A stretch of 64,000 nt of DNA, taken from positions 326,244,001-326,308,000 of the forward strand of contig OZ024742.1 in the NCBI GenBank assembly GCA_964016885.1, written 5' to 3'. The notes beneath the pieces are model-generated. The model was not told the DNA's origin. It saw only the letters and a program-made list of their open reading frames with translations, and searched no databases. Position numbers and translations under genes: made by a program. Position 1 is the first letter of the stretch. Every line of letters starts with the position of its first letter. Below are positions 40,241-53,454 of this stretch, in pieces. This DNA comes from Eledone cirrhosa. Taxonomy: Eukaryota.

Positions 40241-41058
40241 ATATATATGTATATATGTATATATTTTTTTTTTCAATACATTCTCAATATCTTTTCTATA
40301 TTTTTCGATAGATGTATAACCACTAACTGATTCTGGCTAAATGTATCTTCAACATCTATACTTATTTTGACTAAATAGTCTCCCACTAACGAATAAATAA
40401 ATTAAACCGGGGTTTTTTCCGTATCTTCCCATTTTCAATCATATAAATATAAATATTCTTCTTAAATCAGTTAATTAAATTTAATTTAACTTAATATTTA
40501 TTTACATAAAATACAAAACCAATATCCCTCATAACTCATTAGAACAATTATCTATAACATAATATACCCATCTATTTATTTATTTATTTATTTATTTATC
40601 TATTTATAACAGAAGAAAAATATATTATAAACAAATTTTAAACAGCTAATAATCGTAAATACACGTAATATTAAGATATATACTTAGAATATATTTCCCT
40701 CAAATTAACGTTATATGAGTTTTTATTCATTTTCCCTTTTTTTCTTTTTCCTCTCTCTCTCTCACTATTTTAATCTTCTCCACTTCTGTCTTCCCTCTCG
40801 CTCCATAGTTATTTAAATAAACGGTTGTTTTTTCAATTATTTACATATTCATTTGCATATTTGAAAAATCCCTAATATATTTCCACTATCCAGAGAATAT
40901 GCAACTGATAAGGTATGATTTTCATGCATATGTCTCTATTTATAAAACAAACTTTTTATTTTATCTGAGGAAAGCGTACCAATGTGTTTTGGTACCCTTG
41001 AAATATATATAATAAAACAAATATGGTTTTATAAATATAGTTTCTATTTATTTAATAT

Positions 41059-41152
<94 letters not shown>

Positions 41153-41155
<3 letters not shown>

Positions 41156-42409
41156 TGGTTACACAACAGTTAGTTCACCATATCTAGAACAATTGTTTCA
41201 CCTTAGCGGATCCTCAGCTCGTAATGGACATGATTATACGGAACAGGAAGGACGTGCATGCGCAGAAACCGGTCACTTCACACAGGCAATAATAAAATGC
41301 GTGCGAGAGGTGTAAGGGAGATAACTGTGAAAGTCCGAAAAGTTTTTAGTTGATAAGAAAATGATGACGTTGTTGTATACAATCCGGAGCTTTGTAGTTA
41401 TGCAAGAGGTGTTTCGAGGCGTGTGGACAACGTGTGAAGAATTCATTTCTCGTGTTTAGGCAATCACTATTGCATAATCTCTTTAGAATATTTATTCGTT
41501 CATCAATACATAATCCACACAACGGATTTCCCCTTGCGTATGGCTTGGACTTAGTGATGGCTTTCCATTGAATGGAGTAGTCTACACTTGTGTCCTTGAG
41601 GGACCATACGTGGCTCGCGAGTTTCGTGGATGAACGTCTGTCCGAGTACCTGAAGGTCGACTGGTGGTTCAGGAAACGTTCCTTAAATCGGCCCTCCGCC
41701 ATGACCACATAGGATTTGACATCCTGTGGTTGGTTTGGTCGTTGGTAGTGACCACAGCTTCAAATATTACAGCGGGTGTGTTGCATTGCTGTTGAACGGG
41801 ACAAGCTTCGGACTTACGGCAGGAGCACCCTGGTGGAGTGTTGCTCCTAGGGCTTCTGGTGATGTGGGCCGTCATGTTCTTATCGCAAGTGTATCCTAGC
41901 TTTACTTTGTGTCAGTTAAAGATGGAGCGGTATTTATGACCTATGGGGAAGTGTCTATCTAAGAGGGCTAGAAATGTTTTGCCTACATTGGTTTTAACGT
42001 TGAGTGAGAAGGGAGGAGAGAACCAGATAATTTGTCTATTGTTACGCTTTCTTTTCTTATTGCTGTTGTTGATAGTGGGTGAGTAAGTGATGGGTTGCTA
42101 GAAACTTCTACCTTCAATGAGTTAGGACTTAGGATAAGAGTAGCTACCAACCTCGCTAGCGTAGATTTCTTAGACATTAATTTAGACCTTCGCACACACA
42201 CCCACAGACCCTTCCATAAGCTAAACGAAAAACTCAATTACATTCACAAGGCATCTTGCCACCCTCCCACTGTTTTTAGAAACTTCGTAAATAATATCAG
42301 TATTAGAATCTCAAACCTCTCCTCTAATAAGGCCATCTTTGACAAGGCGGCACCCTACTATAACACGGCGTTAGCTAACAGCGGCTTCTCGCAACCTATC
42401 ACTTACTAG
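41153..42409 (-). mobile_element. Decayed Penelope-like (Naiad-like) element with internal inversion
   Basis: Minus strand: IIWFSPPFS..HFP..CSCRKSEACPVQQQC..FKERFLNH..CGLCIDE..LNTRNE..CPH; plus strand 42110-42409: VDFLDINLDL..YIHKASCHPP..RISNLSS..YYNTALANSGF (end of RT and thumb). Confidence 0.9.
41184..41221 (-). ncRNA. Minimal hammerhead ribozyme at the PLE 3' end
   Basis: AG-CTGAGGA-TCC-GCTAA-GGT-GAAAC-AATT-GTT-CT. Confidence 0.7.
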
Positions 42410-42563
42410 TATGAGCATTTGGAAAGACCAAAGGAAACATTGTTTCCTCGGTCCGATTTGAAGAAAGTCGATCGACTGTCGATATATATATATCAATATA
42501 ATCATTATTTTAATATATATATATATATATATACATATTATACCTTCATAAATACATGCACAC

Positions 42564-42624
<61 letters not shown>

Positions 42625-42661
42625 GGTGTGTGTGTGTGTGTGTGTGGGTGTGGGTGTGTGT

Positions 42662-42734
<73 letters not shown>

Positions 42735-42889
42735 TGTGTGTGCCTGATCGCGCGCATGTTATAAATATCTCGTACCAGTCTACTGTTCAATCTCTTTACA
42801 GCTTCGCGATAAATTTGATACTTTTTTAACTTCTCAGTCTCTCTCTCTCTCTCTTTCTCTCTCACTATCTCTCTCTCTCTCTCTCCCTC

Positions 42890-42941
<52 letters not shown>

Positions 42942-44090
42942 GTTCTCTCTCTCTCCCTCTCTCTCTATCGAGACGCAACTCATGTGTATGTGTATATCTA
43001 TAATGGTCTTTTTATTTGTGTAAAAACACATACAATTTTCGACAGTCGATTATAAATAAAACGAGTAAATCAGACAAAGTTGGAATTCATTTTATTAATA
43101 TAATCTTCTATACACAATCATACACACACGTGTATATTTGTATATTTATATATATATATATATATATAAAGGGCGGTGCCCCAGCATGGCCTCAGCCGGA
43201 TGGCTGAAACAGGTAAAAGAGTAAAAGAGTATATATATATATTTCAGTTCTTAATCGTAAGTCCGTGTTCTCAATCCCCGCAACACGTTTCCTCCTTGAG
43301 CAAGCTTTGATGTTGCTCCTGCTCATACGGCTGGAAGAGAATGAGCTGTGTCTGTAATTTAAAGGGCCTTGTAACACATTTTACCACGATGGAAATCCTT
43401 GACATAAACGTTAACGTTAATCATGTGGGTAAGAGAGCTCAGCCAGTTGTGCGTTAATTTGACGAGCAGTTTGTTTCGTTAATCAAACAACATAAACATC
43501 TGTCGTCGCAAGCCTGTGTGGTTCAACACATGGATGTGCATCTGTTAGACACGCAGTGACTAACAAAAGAATGTTTTAAGTATGCGTGTCTGACATACAT
43601 GCATAGCTTGTGAAGAAAAAAATCAAGGGGTATCGCTGGCCATGGTGATCCCTCCCAAACATATTTTGTAATGTATCCTCGTCTTATTGGCTAATTTCAT
43701 CGTCTTATTGGCTAATCAACCAATGAGAGTAATTGTTTCTCAAAAGCATCCGCCACTTTGTTTGCACGTTTATTTATCGTTTCGCTTTCGAATCTTCCTC
43801 CAGTATTTTGTTGTTTATCATCAAAATATTTTCTCGTTTTGGTAAGTTATATTGTTAATTTATATATGATTTTTTAAATTTATATTAACTATTAAAAGTC
43901 TGAAAATATTTTTATACATCTTACAATAATATTTATAAGATCATTTATACAATAACAATTATATAATCTAATTACATTACAACGATAATTTATTATTAAT
44001 ATATATCATGTTTAACTAGAGTTATTACATTATTAATATATATCATGTTTAACTAGAGTTATTACAAGCGTTGCTTTAAAAAAATATTAA

Positions 44091-44534
44091 ACTAGACCTG
44101 AAAAATGCGCAAGCTCAAAAGAGCCACAGAATGTTATAATAAACCTTCAAAAGTGTGGGACTAGAGTTGTTGCTCAAAAATATTGTAATCATTATCTATC
44201 GTACACTCTGTGGCATCCTTTTATAAAAAAGAGACTCATAACGAACTCAAGACGACACGATAATTATTTAAGTGAATTTATAATATAGAATTCAGTTTAT
44301 GCATTTCGTATTAATCATTACTAAACATCTAATATGAGATATTGAACATTAGCTTAAATAATTATCGTGTCGTCTTGAGTTCGTTATGGGTCTCTTTTAT
44401 ATAAAAGGATGCCACAGAGTGTACGATAGATAATGATTACAATTCTTTTGAGCAACAACTCTAGTCCCACACGTTTGAAGGTTTATTATAACATTCTGTG
44501 GCTTTTTTGAGCTTGAGCATTTTTCAGGTCTAGT
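44091..44534. mobile_element. MITE-like element with about 180-bp inverted arms
   Basis: 44091-44272 matches the reverse complement of 44353-44534 with a few mismatches; ends ACTAGACCTG / CAGGTCTAGT. Confidence 0.6.
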
Positions 44535-44569
44535 ATATATATGTATATATATATATGTGTGTATGTGCG

Positions 44570-44642
<73 letters not shown>

Positions 44643-44780
44643 GTTCAGAAGAGATTGTTTTGGTAAAAATAGGAGCAAGCAGGAGAAAGCTCTTAACATA
44701 TGTAGTTTGTAGTTACGATGGAGATTTAGTATAAAAATAACAAAAATAAAAAATGGTGATGTTACATAAATCGTTTAATC

Positions 44781-44839
<59 letters not shown>

Positions 44840-45924
44840 ACATATATACATACACACACACAAACACATATGTATGTGTATATATATGGACTTACAGAAA
44901 CGCTACTTGCTTTACCACAATGAAAGAACGCACCCGTGCTATAACAGACTCGGAAGAGCTTCTGAAACTCATCGGTTGCGCACAAATAAATTTTACTCCT
45001 TATATTGGCTACTTTTCTCATATATTTATGGACACTAAGTATATATATGCATAATTTAATCATGTAATACTTTCTCTTTGCATTCTCCTTTTCTCTTTGT
45101 ACCCCTCGCTCAATCTCTATCTCTCTAGCTTTCTCTCCGCCTGTTACTATTATTCCAGCTCTCTTCCATCCACCCCTCCTTCATTTCCTTCCTATATTTT
45201 TAATTGTGTTGCTTTTCTCTTCTCCGAGTTTGATTTATGCCCTCCTCCTACACAACTTTACTGCTTTCGCTCACTGAATGTACTCGATATACCATCATAC
45301 ACAATCATACACAGATAGACATAAATAGATAATATATACGGAGATATACAAGCATGCACTCGCACATACACACCAGTAAACATAACCATACTCAGAAAGA
45401 TTCACACACGCATACATACATAGATATATTTATGCATACTGCTATACATACGTACATCCTAAATCACGGTTAAATCACACGCGCAAACTTACATCATAAA
45501 GCACCGGCAAATATATATACAAACATATACCCATAGAATACACACACATAAGAAAAGCACATATATACAGAAACACCACCTCAATCGAATTAGAAACCTT
45601 GCCGTTTCCCTACACAATTTTCTATTCGTCCTCTAGTTACCAATTGTGATGTTTATGTGCAACATCAAACAATGTATCCTTCCATAAAATTTCATACTTA
45701 CGCCCATCCATACATACATATATATAGTTTAGAAATCCCGTACACAATATATAATCTAATAACAAACACACTTACACACGCGATGTTTTATAGACTGCTT
45801 ATATAAACAACACCCACGCGACAAATAACAGATATACTATAAACCGATCACGTGTATATGATAAAGTCATGAACACGTATACAAATATATGTACAAACAC
45901 ACTCACACACTCTCACACAGACAC

Positions 45925-46010
<86 letters not shown>

Positions 46011-46081
46011 CACACACACACAGACACACTCACACACACTCACACACACACATACAGAAACACTCCCCCCCCACACACACA

Positions 46082-46115
<34 letters not shown>

Positions 46116-46719
46116 CTACATACTATATACTCCATTGTTGTGTGTGTACTGTATGTGAGTACGTGTATGTTTACGAGTGTTTGTGTCTGTGTATGTGTGG
46201 ACAAATTGTTGCATGGATAACGATAGAAATGCGGAGCATTTGATATTTGTTCAAGCTCCCTGAGTTGTGTTTAAATGCTGCTCCTGGCCTCCTTGTTTTT
46301 TTTTCTTCTAGTTTTCGCATTCCAAGTCCATTGCTGGTGGACCGCTTTGACCTTCCATCTGTCATATTCTTGACGTACTGTTAAACTTATATATATGTTC
46401 CTGCATATAGTTTAGTAGTTAGGGCAATGGAATATCCTTGGACCGGGTGGTGTGTTATGTCCTTGAACCAGACACTTTATTTCACTTTGCTCCAGTCCAC
46501 TATGCTGGCAACAACGACTTAAGTTGTAATTCAAGAGATTATTCGCGACACACATTGTATCATGGTGACTTCCCTGAAAATTACGTTGAGTGTGTATATG
46601 TCTATACAATGCTCAGCACCTTACATGACAATTTACCGAGCAGCTATTTCTGTTATTGAATCAATTGGACCATTCGTCGTCGTAAACATTCGAGAGCACA
46701 AACAATGTATATATATATA

Positions 46720-46899
46720 TAACTTGGTTGACGGCTGAGAGAAAATAGTTCTCATTACCGAAGTAGTATTTAAATATTCATTTTATTAAGGTTAAGTAGT
46801 GCGTCCTATTACTCTGCAGCTTCACCTGCTTGTCTGAAGACACTGGGGTAAGTAAGCTGGCGAAATCTCCTGAGTATCAAGACTCACTACTTAAAATGC

Positions 46900-46902
<3 letters not shown>
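46720..46902 (-). mobile_element. Older mirror arm + tail copy of the 29.4-kb family, with a degenerate HHR
   Basis: CTTG-T-CTGAAGA..GAAA-TCTCCTGAG-TA-TCAAG on the plus strand; inverted copy at about 46781-46827. Confidence 0.5.
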
Positions 46903-46941
<39 letters not shown>

Positions 46942-47305
46942 GGGGGGGGGGGGAGTTTGATCGACTGTTTAACAAGAGTCCGCTTAGCAATATGGCAATA
47001 TGGATCTAGGTTTTCACACTACTGCTTTGGCCAAGTTTCTTTAACTGCGTCTTTCATCGACCCAAACTTTAGAAGTGAAACAGGATAGAAGAAAAGTCTG
47101 TAGAAGCCTGCGTCGTCTTACCTTGCATCCCACTGATTCGATTCTGTTACTGGTACATGTGTCAATAAGCAGTTAGTATAGGTTTCAATGAATATTCAGT
47201 TTAGAAACTGAATATTCATTGACAATTTTGGAGATTTATTGTCTTACTTTATGTACGTATACATATATGTGTATATATATGTATATATATATACATACAT
47301 GTATG

Positions 47306-47367
<62 letters not shown>

Positions 47368-48552
47368 GGAGGAGAAAGGAAGAAAGGAGTTTCCATCGTC
47401 AGCTGTAAATGTTTCCGGAACCGATGTTTCGGCGCTGAATTACAGGACATCGGTGTAGTTCAGGTGCGCCCGAGGCCTTATATTAAAAGGCCAGGTGGAA
47501 AAGGAGGAAGAACAGGGGGGGGGGGGGGGTAAGAAGGGGAAACATAGTAAAGGAATAGAAGAAAAAAAGTGTACAGGTCCCATAGTGGGAAGACACAGCT
47601 GAAAGAAACATGTAAAAAAGTAACCGTGGAAAAATAGGGAAAGTAAGTTGTGGCCAGACTGGGAGACTTTAACCTGGTGGTCAGCTACGACTCAGAGCTG
47701 GTATAATCGTGCTATCTCTCACATGTACAGGAGAATGTGAGAGAGAGAGACACGAGCAACCAAAAGTGAGGAGGAGAAGGGAAAGGGAAATAATACAGAA
47801 GGGTTTTTTTTACGACGGTGGTAAAAACGTGCCGCAAAGATTGCGGACAGAGAGGCCACCACGGAACGTGTAAACATGTCAACAATCAAAACCGAACGGC
47901 TGGATAGAGAGATAGAGGGGGGGGGGGGGAGAAAAAAAACGAGAGTGAAGAGGAGAAGGGAAGAGAGAAGGGAGGGTCGATGTGAAAGTGTGGAGGGAAC
48001 ACAGATCGACCAAAGCAGGTAGGGTCACAGCGGTAAATACAAAAAGTTATGAAACGAAAGGAGCTGTGTGGTTACTAAAAACAAGGTTTAGGATGGTGGT
48101 TTTGACGGAACAGGAGGAGAAAAGAAGAAAGTAGTTTCCATCGTCAGCTGTAAATGTTTCCCGAACCGATTTTTCGGCGCTGAATTACAGGACATTGGTG
48201 TAGTTCGGGACCTGTACACTTTTTTTCTTCTATTCCTTTCCTATTTTTCCCCTTCTTCCTCTCTCCTCATTTCCCCCCACCCTGTTTTTCCTCCTATCCC
48301 TCTCTTTCCTTTTCTCTCTCCTTTTTTCTCTCTTTCTCTCTCCTTTTCCACCTGGCCTTTTGATTAACAAAAGGCCTCGGGCGCACCCGAACTACACCGA
48401 TGTCCTGTAATTCAACGCCGAAACATCGGTTCGGGAAACATTTACAGCTGACGATGGAAACTCCTTTCTTCCTTTCTCCTCCTGTTCTGTCCTAACTATC
48501 ATCCTAAACCTTGTTTTTAGTAACCACACAGCTCCTTTCGTTTCATAACTTT
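47368..48552. mobile_element. Non-coding PLE-type element (745-bp unit): minus-strand partial tandem plus inverted terminal copy, three permuted HHR motifs
   Basis: Terminal block at 47368 and 48113 (same orientation) and inverted at about 48340-48483; tail at 48042-48112 and 48484-48552; (TA)n flanks. Confidence 0.75.
48386..48457 (+). ncRNA. Candidate non-circularly permuted hammerhead ribozyme, family A (also 47393-47464 and 48138-48209, minus strand)
   Basis: CCCGAAC-TAC-ACCGATGT-C-CTGTAA-TTCAACGCC-GAA-ACATCGGT-TCGGG-AAACAT-TTACAG-CTGACGA-TGG. Confidence 0.65.
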
Positions 48553-48639
48553 ATATATATATATAGTAAATAAGTGAAAAATAACGTGGTTGGCTGTGCA
48601 ATAGGGTTTATTTAAAGTATTAACAATTGTTTCATTAGT

Positions 48640-48727
<88 letters not shown>

Positions 48728-49311
48728 GGAGCAAAGTATCAGTGCTGCATCATATACATATTTAATTACATAATACATATGTTTTACTGTCGATCAGCTC
48801 GAGGAACGATCGATTAATGATCGATTCTGACTCATGAATGCATACATACGTGCATGCATACATAAATACATTCATACATATATAGCTACCTACATACATA
48901 CTGACAATATGCATACATTGTGACAGGGCACATATGTCATGGGTTTTTTTAGTGAGGTGCTTTTCACTTCTATGAATTATTTTGGGATATCAGATAATTC
49001 TATACATTGAAAGATGGCAACTTTCACCGACATGCGATATAAAGAGGATTGTGTATCACCTTATCTCATAGTTGTGAGATGAATCACTGTACAATACTTA
49101 TAAACAATAACTTATATATACACACTCATCTTACCATACCCTAGCCATATCATATAGCTGTTAATCCTGATATTTGATACTAAATTTATTTTTGAGCGCC
49201 TCTTTATAACCAGTTTCATTATTCATTTTAAATGTGTAAGAATATCGTTGTTGGCATTTAATTCGGCCAGTTAACTCTGTGGGGAACAACATGCGATAAT
49301 ATATCATGAAC

Positions 49312-49350
<39 letters not shown>

Positions 49351-50124
49351 AGAGAGAGAGGGGGAGAGAGAGAGAGAGAGAGGGGAGGGAGAGAGAGGGA
49401 GTGAGAGAGACGGGGAGAGAGCTGGTTAGGTGTAAATAAGAACGAAATTAGAAATGTTGATAGTCATTTATAGGCCTATGATAGATAGATCGTTAAAAAT
49501 ACGTACGTGACTTTCATTATACACACACACGCACACACACACACACACACACATATTTATATATATATATATACATTCATACGTATATATATATATATAC
49601 ATACAAATATGTGTTTGTTTGTGTATGTGAAAGTGTGTATTCATACATATACTATATATGCATGCCTGTATATGTTTGCATGTGTAGGTGGGTTATCAAG
49701 TAGACAAGTATGCGCAGTATTGACTTTATTCTATCAGTATTAATTTCCTAAAATGACAATCAACTATATGTGCTAAAATTGCTATTCACACAAGTCATGT
49801 ACGCCTGTGTAGAATGTATAATGCGCGTATTCAATATACTTACACCCACTATGATTTCCATCCCGATCTGACAATACGTCTATATGAATCTATTTAACCA
49901 ATCGCTCTATTCTCTCAAGTTATGATTATGCCAATTTATTTGTCTTTGTGAAGTTCCTAGCCGTCTCCCTACCCAGCTATCTGTATGCATTTGTCTTTTA
50001 ATCTGTCTGTCAACTTATGTTTATATCCACCCGTCTATTCATCATATTTTTGTACCTAACCAGCCCTGAATTAAGTTTTTTAAATTCTGTCTACAAATTG
50101 AGATTTCTCACTCACTTTTGCTGT

Positions 50125-50215
<91 letters not shown>

Positions 50216-50260
50216 CCCTCTCTCTCTCTCTCTCTTAGAATCACCCTCTATCTCTCGCGT

Positions 50261-50293
<33 letters not shown>

Positions 50294-50296
50294 GTA

Positions 50297-50390
50297 CAGA
50301 GTGTCCCAAAATTGTATACACACTTTGAGTACCTTGTACAGGCAATATTTAATAGAATGCTGTGTCTATACAGTTTTGGAGGACACCCTG
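50297..50390. mobile_element. Tiny Tc1/mariner-type MITE
   Basis: TA|CAGAGTGTCCCAAAATTGTATA...TATACAGTTTTGGAGGACACCCTG|TA. Confidence 0.7.
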
Positions 50391-50391
50391 T

Positions 50392-50439
<48 letters not shown>

Positions 50440-50443
<4 letters not shown>

Positions 50444-50828
50444 TATTTGGCAATACACCGTATGTTCAATTAAAAACATTTAGGAGACCATTCGTTATCA
50501 GTTTTAAAGTAGTGACTATGTCACTTACTTATTTTAGGCAAAGGCAGGGAGAGAGGCTGACAGTCTTGTGTCTCGCTGTTTGACGTTTATCAAAACCGCG
50601 TACCCCGTTGCCTTTGCCGAAAATTATAGAAATCCAGCAAAAAATCAGGTATTAGTATTGGTGCTCTGAAATAACGATGTATACATGAATGTATGTATAG
50701 TATATTTGGCAATATAATACTTTATAACTGATAGCTAAATGTTTTTAATTAAACCATACGGTATATTGCCAAATATACTATACATACATTCATGTATACA
50801 TCGGTATTTCAGATCACCAATACTAATA

Positions 50829-50830
<2 letters not shown>
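50440..50830. mobile_element. Small non-coding element (about 259-bp unit): partial tandem plus inverted copy; relatives at 61355-61530 and 62480-62770
   Basis: TAGTATATTTGGCAATA at 50439 and 50698, inverted at about 50764-50780; internal hairpin GGCAAAGGCA/TGCCTTTGCC. Confidence 0.6.
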
Positions 50831-50869
<39 letters not shown>

Positions 50870-51196
50870 TATATCTATATATATGTATACATATGAATGT
50901 GTGTGTGGGTGTGAGTGGGTGTGTTTGTGTGTGTGTGTGTATGTCTCCCTATTTATCTATCTGTTTCTGCGATGTAACTTTTATTACATATTCCTTCTAT
51001 ATATCGTTCTATTGCAGCTTTTTTTCTATTCCAAGAATATATCACACCATTACCATATGTTTATATTTCATTTCAATATAATCGTATATCACATGTAACA
51101 ATGTATAGAAATATAAGAATGAAAAAGAAAGAGCAAGAGAGATGGAAAGAGTGATAGAGAGAGAAAGAGGGAGAGAGGGAGAGATAGATAGAGAGA

Positions 51197-51274
<78 letters not shown>

Positions 51275-51669
51275 GGGGGCAGATAGAGATAGAGAGAGGG
51301 AGAGAGCAAGAGAGGGGGATAGAGGGGGGGGGACTATGATTGCATCAATGTAACTTTCTTACGTATTTCACTCGAACTGACAAACAGTTTCGAGTAACAA
51401 TAAACAATATTTTGTTTCGAGGTGCTTACATATAAGTATATATGTTTGAGTGTATCTGTCTGTGTGTGCGTGTTTGTGTATGTGTGTGTGTGTTTGTGTA
51501 TATGTGTTCATTATTAATACATGGTATTAGTAATACACTGAGAACATACCAGTTTCATAGACATTATTGGCAAAAACAAGTATTCCCCATTATCAGAACT
51601 TGAGTGTGTTTCTTGTCATGCCTAATCAGTTATATCTATTATATTATATTTTATTATATATATATATAT

Positions 51670-51850
51670 GAAAAGAGTCAGAACCCCGACAGCAGCGGTC
51701 AAACGGTTTCGACGGCTATTTCTGGACATGAAACGGCTTCAGCTCTGCCGTCGGGGTCCTGACTCTTTTCCTATTACCAACTCTACTACCAAAGTATCGA
51801 GTACTCTGGTGCGTTATGGTCCAACTGGCTCCTTACCACACTTCCTTCGT

Positions 51851-51917
<67 letters not shown>

Positions 51918-52120
51918 CGAAGGAAATGTGGTAATGAACCAGGTGGACCATAACGCACCAAAGTACTCAATACTTAGGGTAGTAGAGTGGGTAATAGGAA
52001 CGAGTAGGACCCCGACGGCTGAGCTCAAGCCGTTTCGACGGCTAATTCTGGATTAAAATCAATTAGTCCAGAATTAGCCGTCGAAACGGCTTGAGTTCAG
52101 CCGTCGGGGTCCCTCTCGTT

Positions 52121-52122
<2 letters not shown>
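51670..52122. mobile_element. Two family P copies, tail to tail across (TA)n
   Basis: 51670-51852 (+) and 51916-52122 (-, palindrome 51997-52122). Confidence 0.75.
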
Positions 52123-52184
<62 letters not shown>

Positions 52185-52624
52185 TAAATAAATGGTTATT
52201 AATTTAGGCACAAGGTCCGCATTTTGTTAGTCAATTATAACTTTATTTATCGTATATGTATTTGGAAAAATCTTAAACAAACCAGAACCCAAAACTCAAC
52301 GTTAATTTTTAGCGGACTGTCAATTGTTATGTTCATAGTGAGTTTTCAGTTTTTCAGTACAAGTGATTTGCCATTATACGATTCTTTAGGCTATGTGTAT
52401 TACCTATTGTAATTCTTAAGTATCCTGGCAATCTTTTATGCTTCTGTCATGTTGTGTTTGAATTGGGAGGCTTGCATTTGGGTATTCTGTATGTATGCTC
52501 AATGAATGCATGTATCTATGATTTTTATTTAAATGGTACAGTATTTGTGTGCGCCAGGGTGTGCATGTACGTCCACGTTATTTCTGAAAAGTAAGAAGGT
52601 GTTTGTCTCTTTCTTTCCATTAAG

Positions 52625-53261
52625 GCGCACATGTTTCTGTTGAGACATTAAATGCAAATGTTTGCATCAGCAAACATTGTAGCGACTGATGATGGAACGA
52701 AAAGGATTTCTAATGAAGTGGTATTGTATTGAGGCAAATGGTCTGATTTATTGTATTATTCTATGCTTGATTACGTGAAATAGCTACAAATGTCTGTATA
52801 CGAGAGCTCACTTGGACATTATAAGTAATTAAGGAGTGAAATAATATTTAAGGAGAGAAGAACGAAACAATATTAAAAACAATAAACTTAACTCTGTGTT
52901 TTTCACCTGTATGCTTCTGAAAACGTTTAGATGAGGACATTATTGGAATTATTAAATTACATAATAATTTTACATTTAGAAGGGGCTTGGGGGTTCGTAC
53001 ATAAGGAAGATTCCTCTGGTTATATTACTTGTTCTGTTCCAGAGAATAGTTGAAAGAGAGGAGGATGGGTGAAGTAAAAAGGAAAAGAAATAGAAATTGT
53101 GTGTACTGATGAAACTAAAGGCTTTCGCTGTTGGAATGCTGTTATGTGAAGATGTATTTCTTCAATGATTTGTTTCCGGTTTGACTAAATATTCACAGAT
53201 GAAACAATTGAACTTTTCTAACACTGCCTGAAAACTATGTTATGTCAAAATTGGGGGCTGG
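52625..53261 (+). pseudogene. Possible further decayed LDLa-like exons (52625-52720 and 53043-53261)
   Basis: After acceptor TTGTTCTGTTCCAG: VCTDETKGFRCWNAVM*RCISSMIC..D..TDE, with donor GTATGT; the upstream piece gives TC/SVET/KC/NVCISKH/DGTK..SNE only through several frameshifts. Confidence 0.3.
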
Positions 53262-53409
53262 TATGTAAAATGGAATATCATGGTACTTATATATATATAT
53301 AAATTTTATTAAAATAAGAGATTAAAGTTTAAGCAAAGAATCGGTGCTTTGATATATATTTATCCTTATCGAGCCCTCTTTAGATTTTAGCCTTCATATT
53401 TATTATTAT

Positions 53410-53449
<40 letters not shown>

Positions 53450-53454
<5 letters not shown>

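Noticed and set aside
41912-41914. In-frame TGA in the Naiad-like ORF as possible selenocysteine (reported for some Naiads)
   Set aside because: It lies in IFN*HKVK where the other element has ILNKNVVK, which is not a Cys position. A CGA-to-TGA mutation in a frameshifted copy is more likely, and the 11037-11912 ORF has no in-frame TGA.
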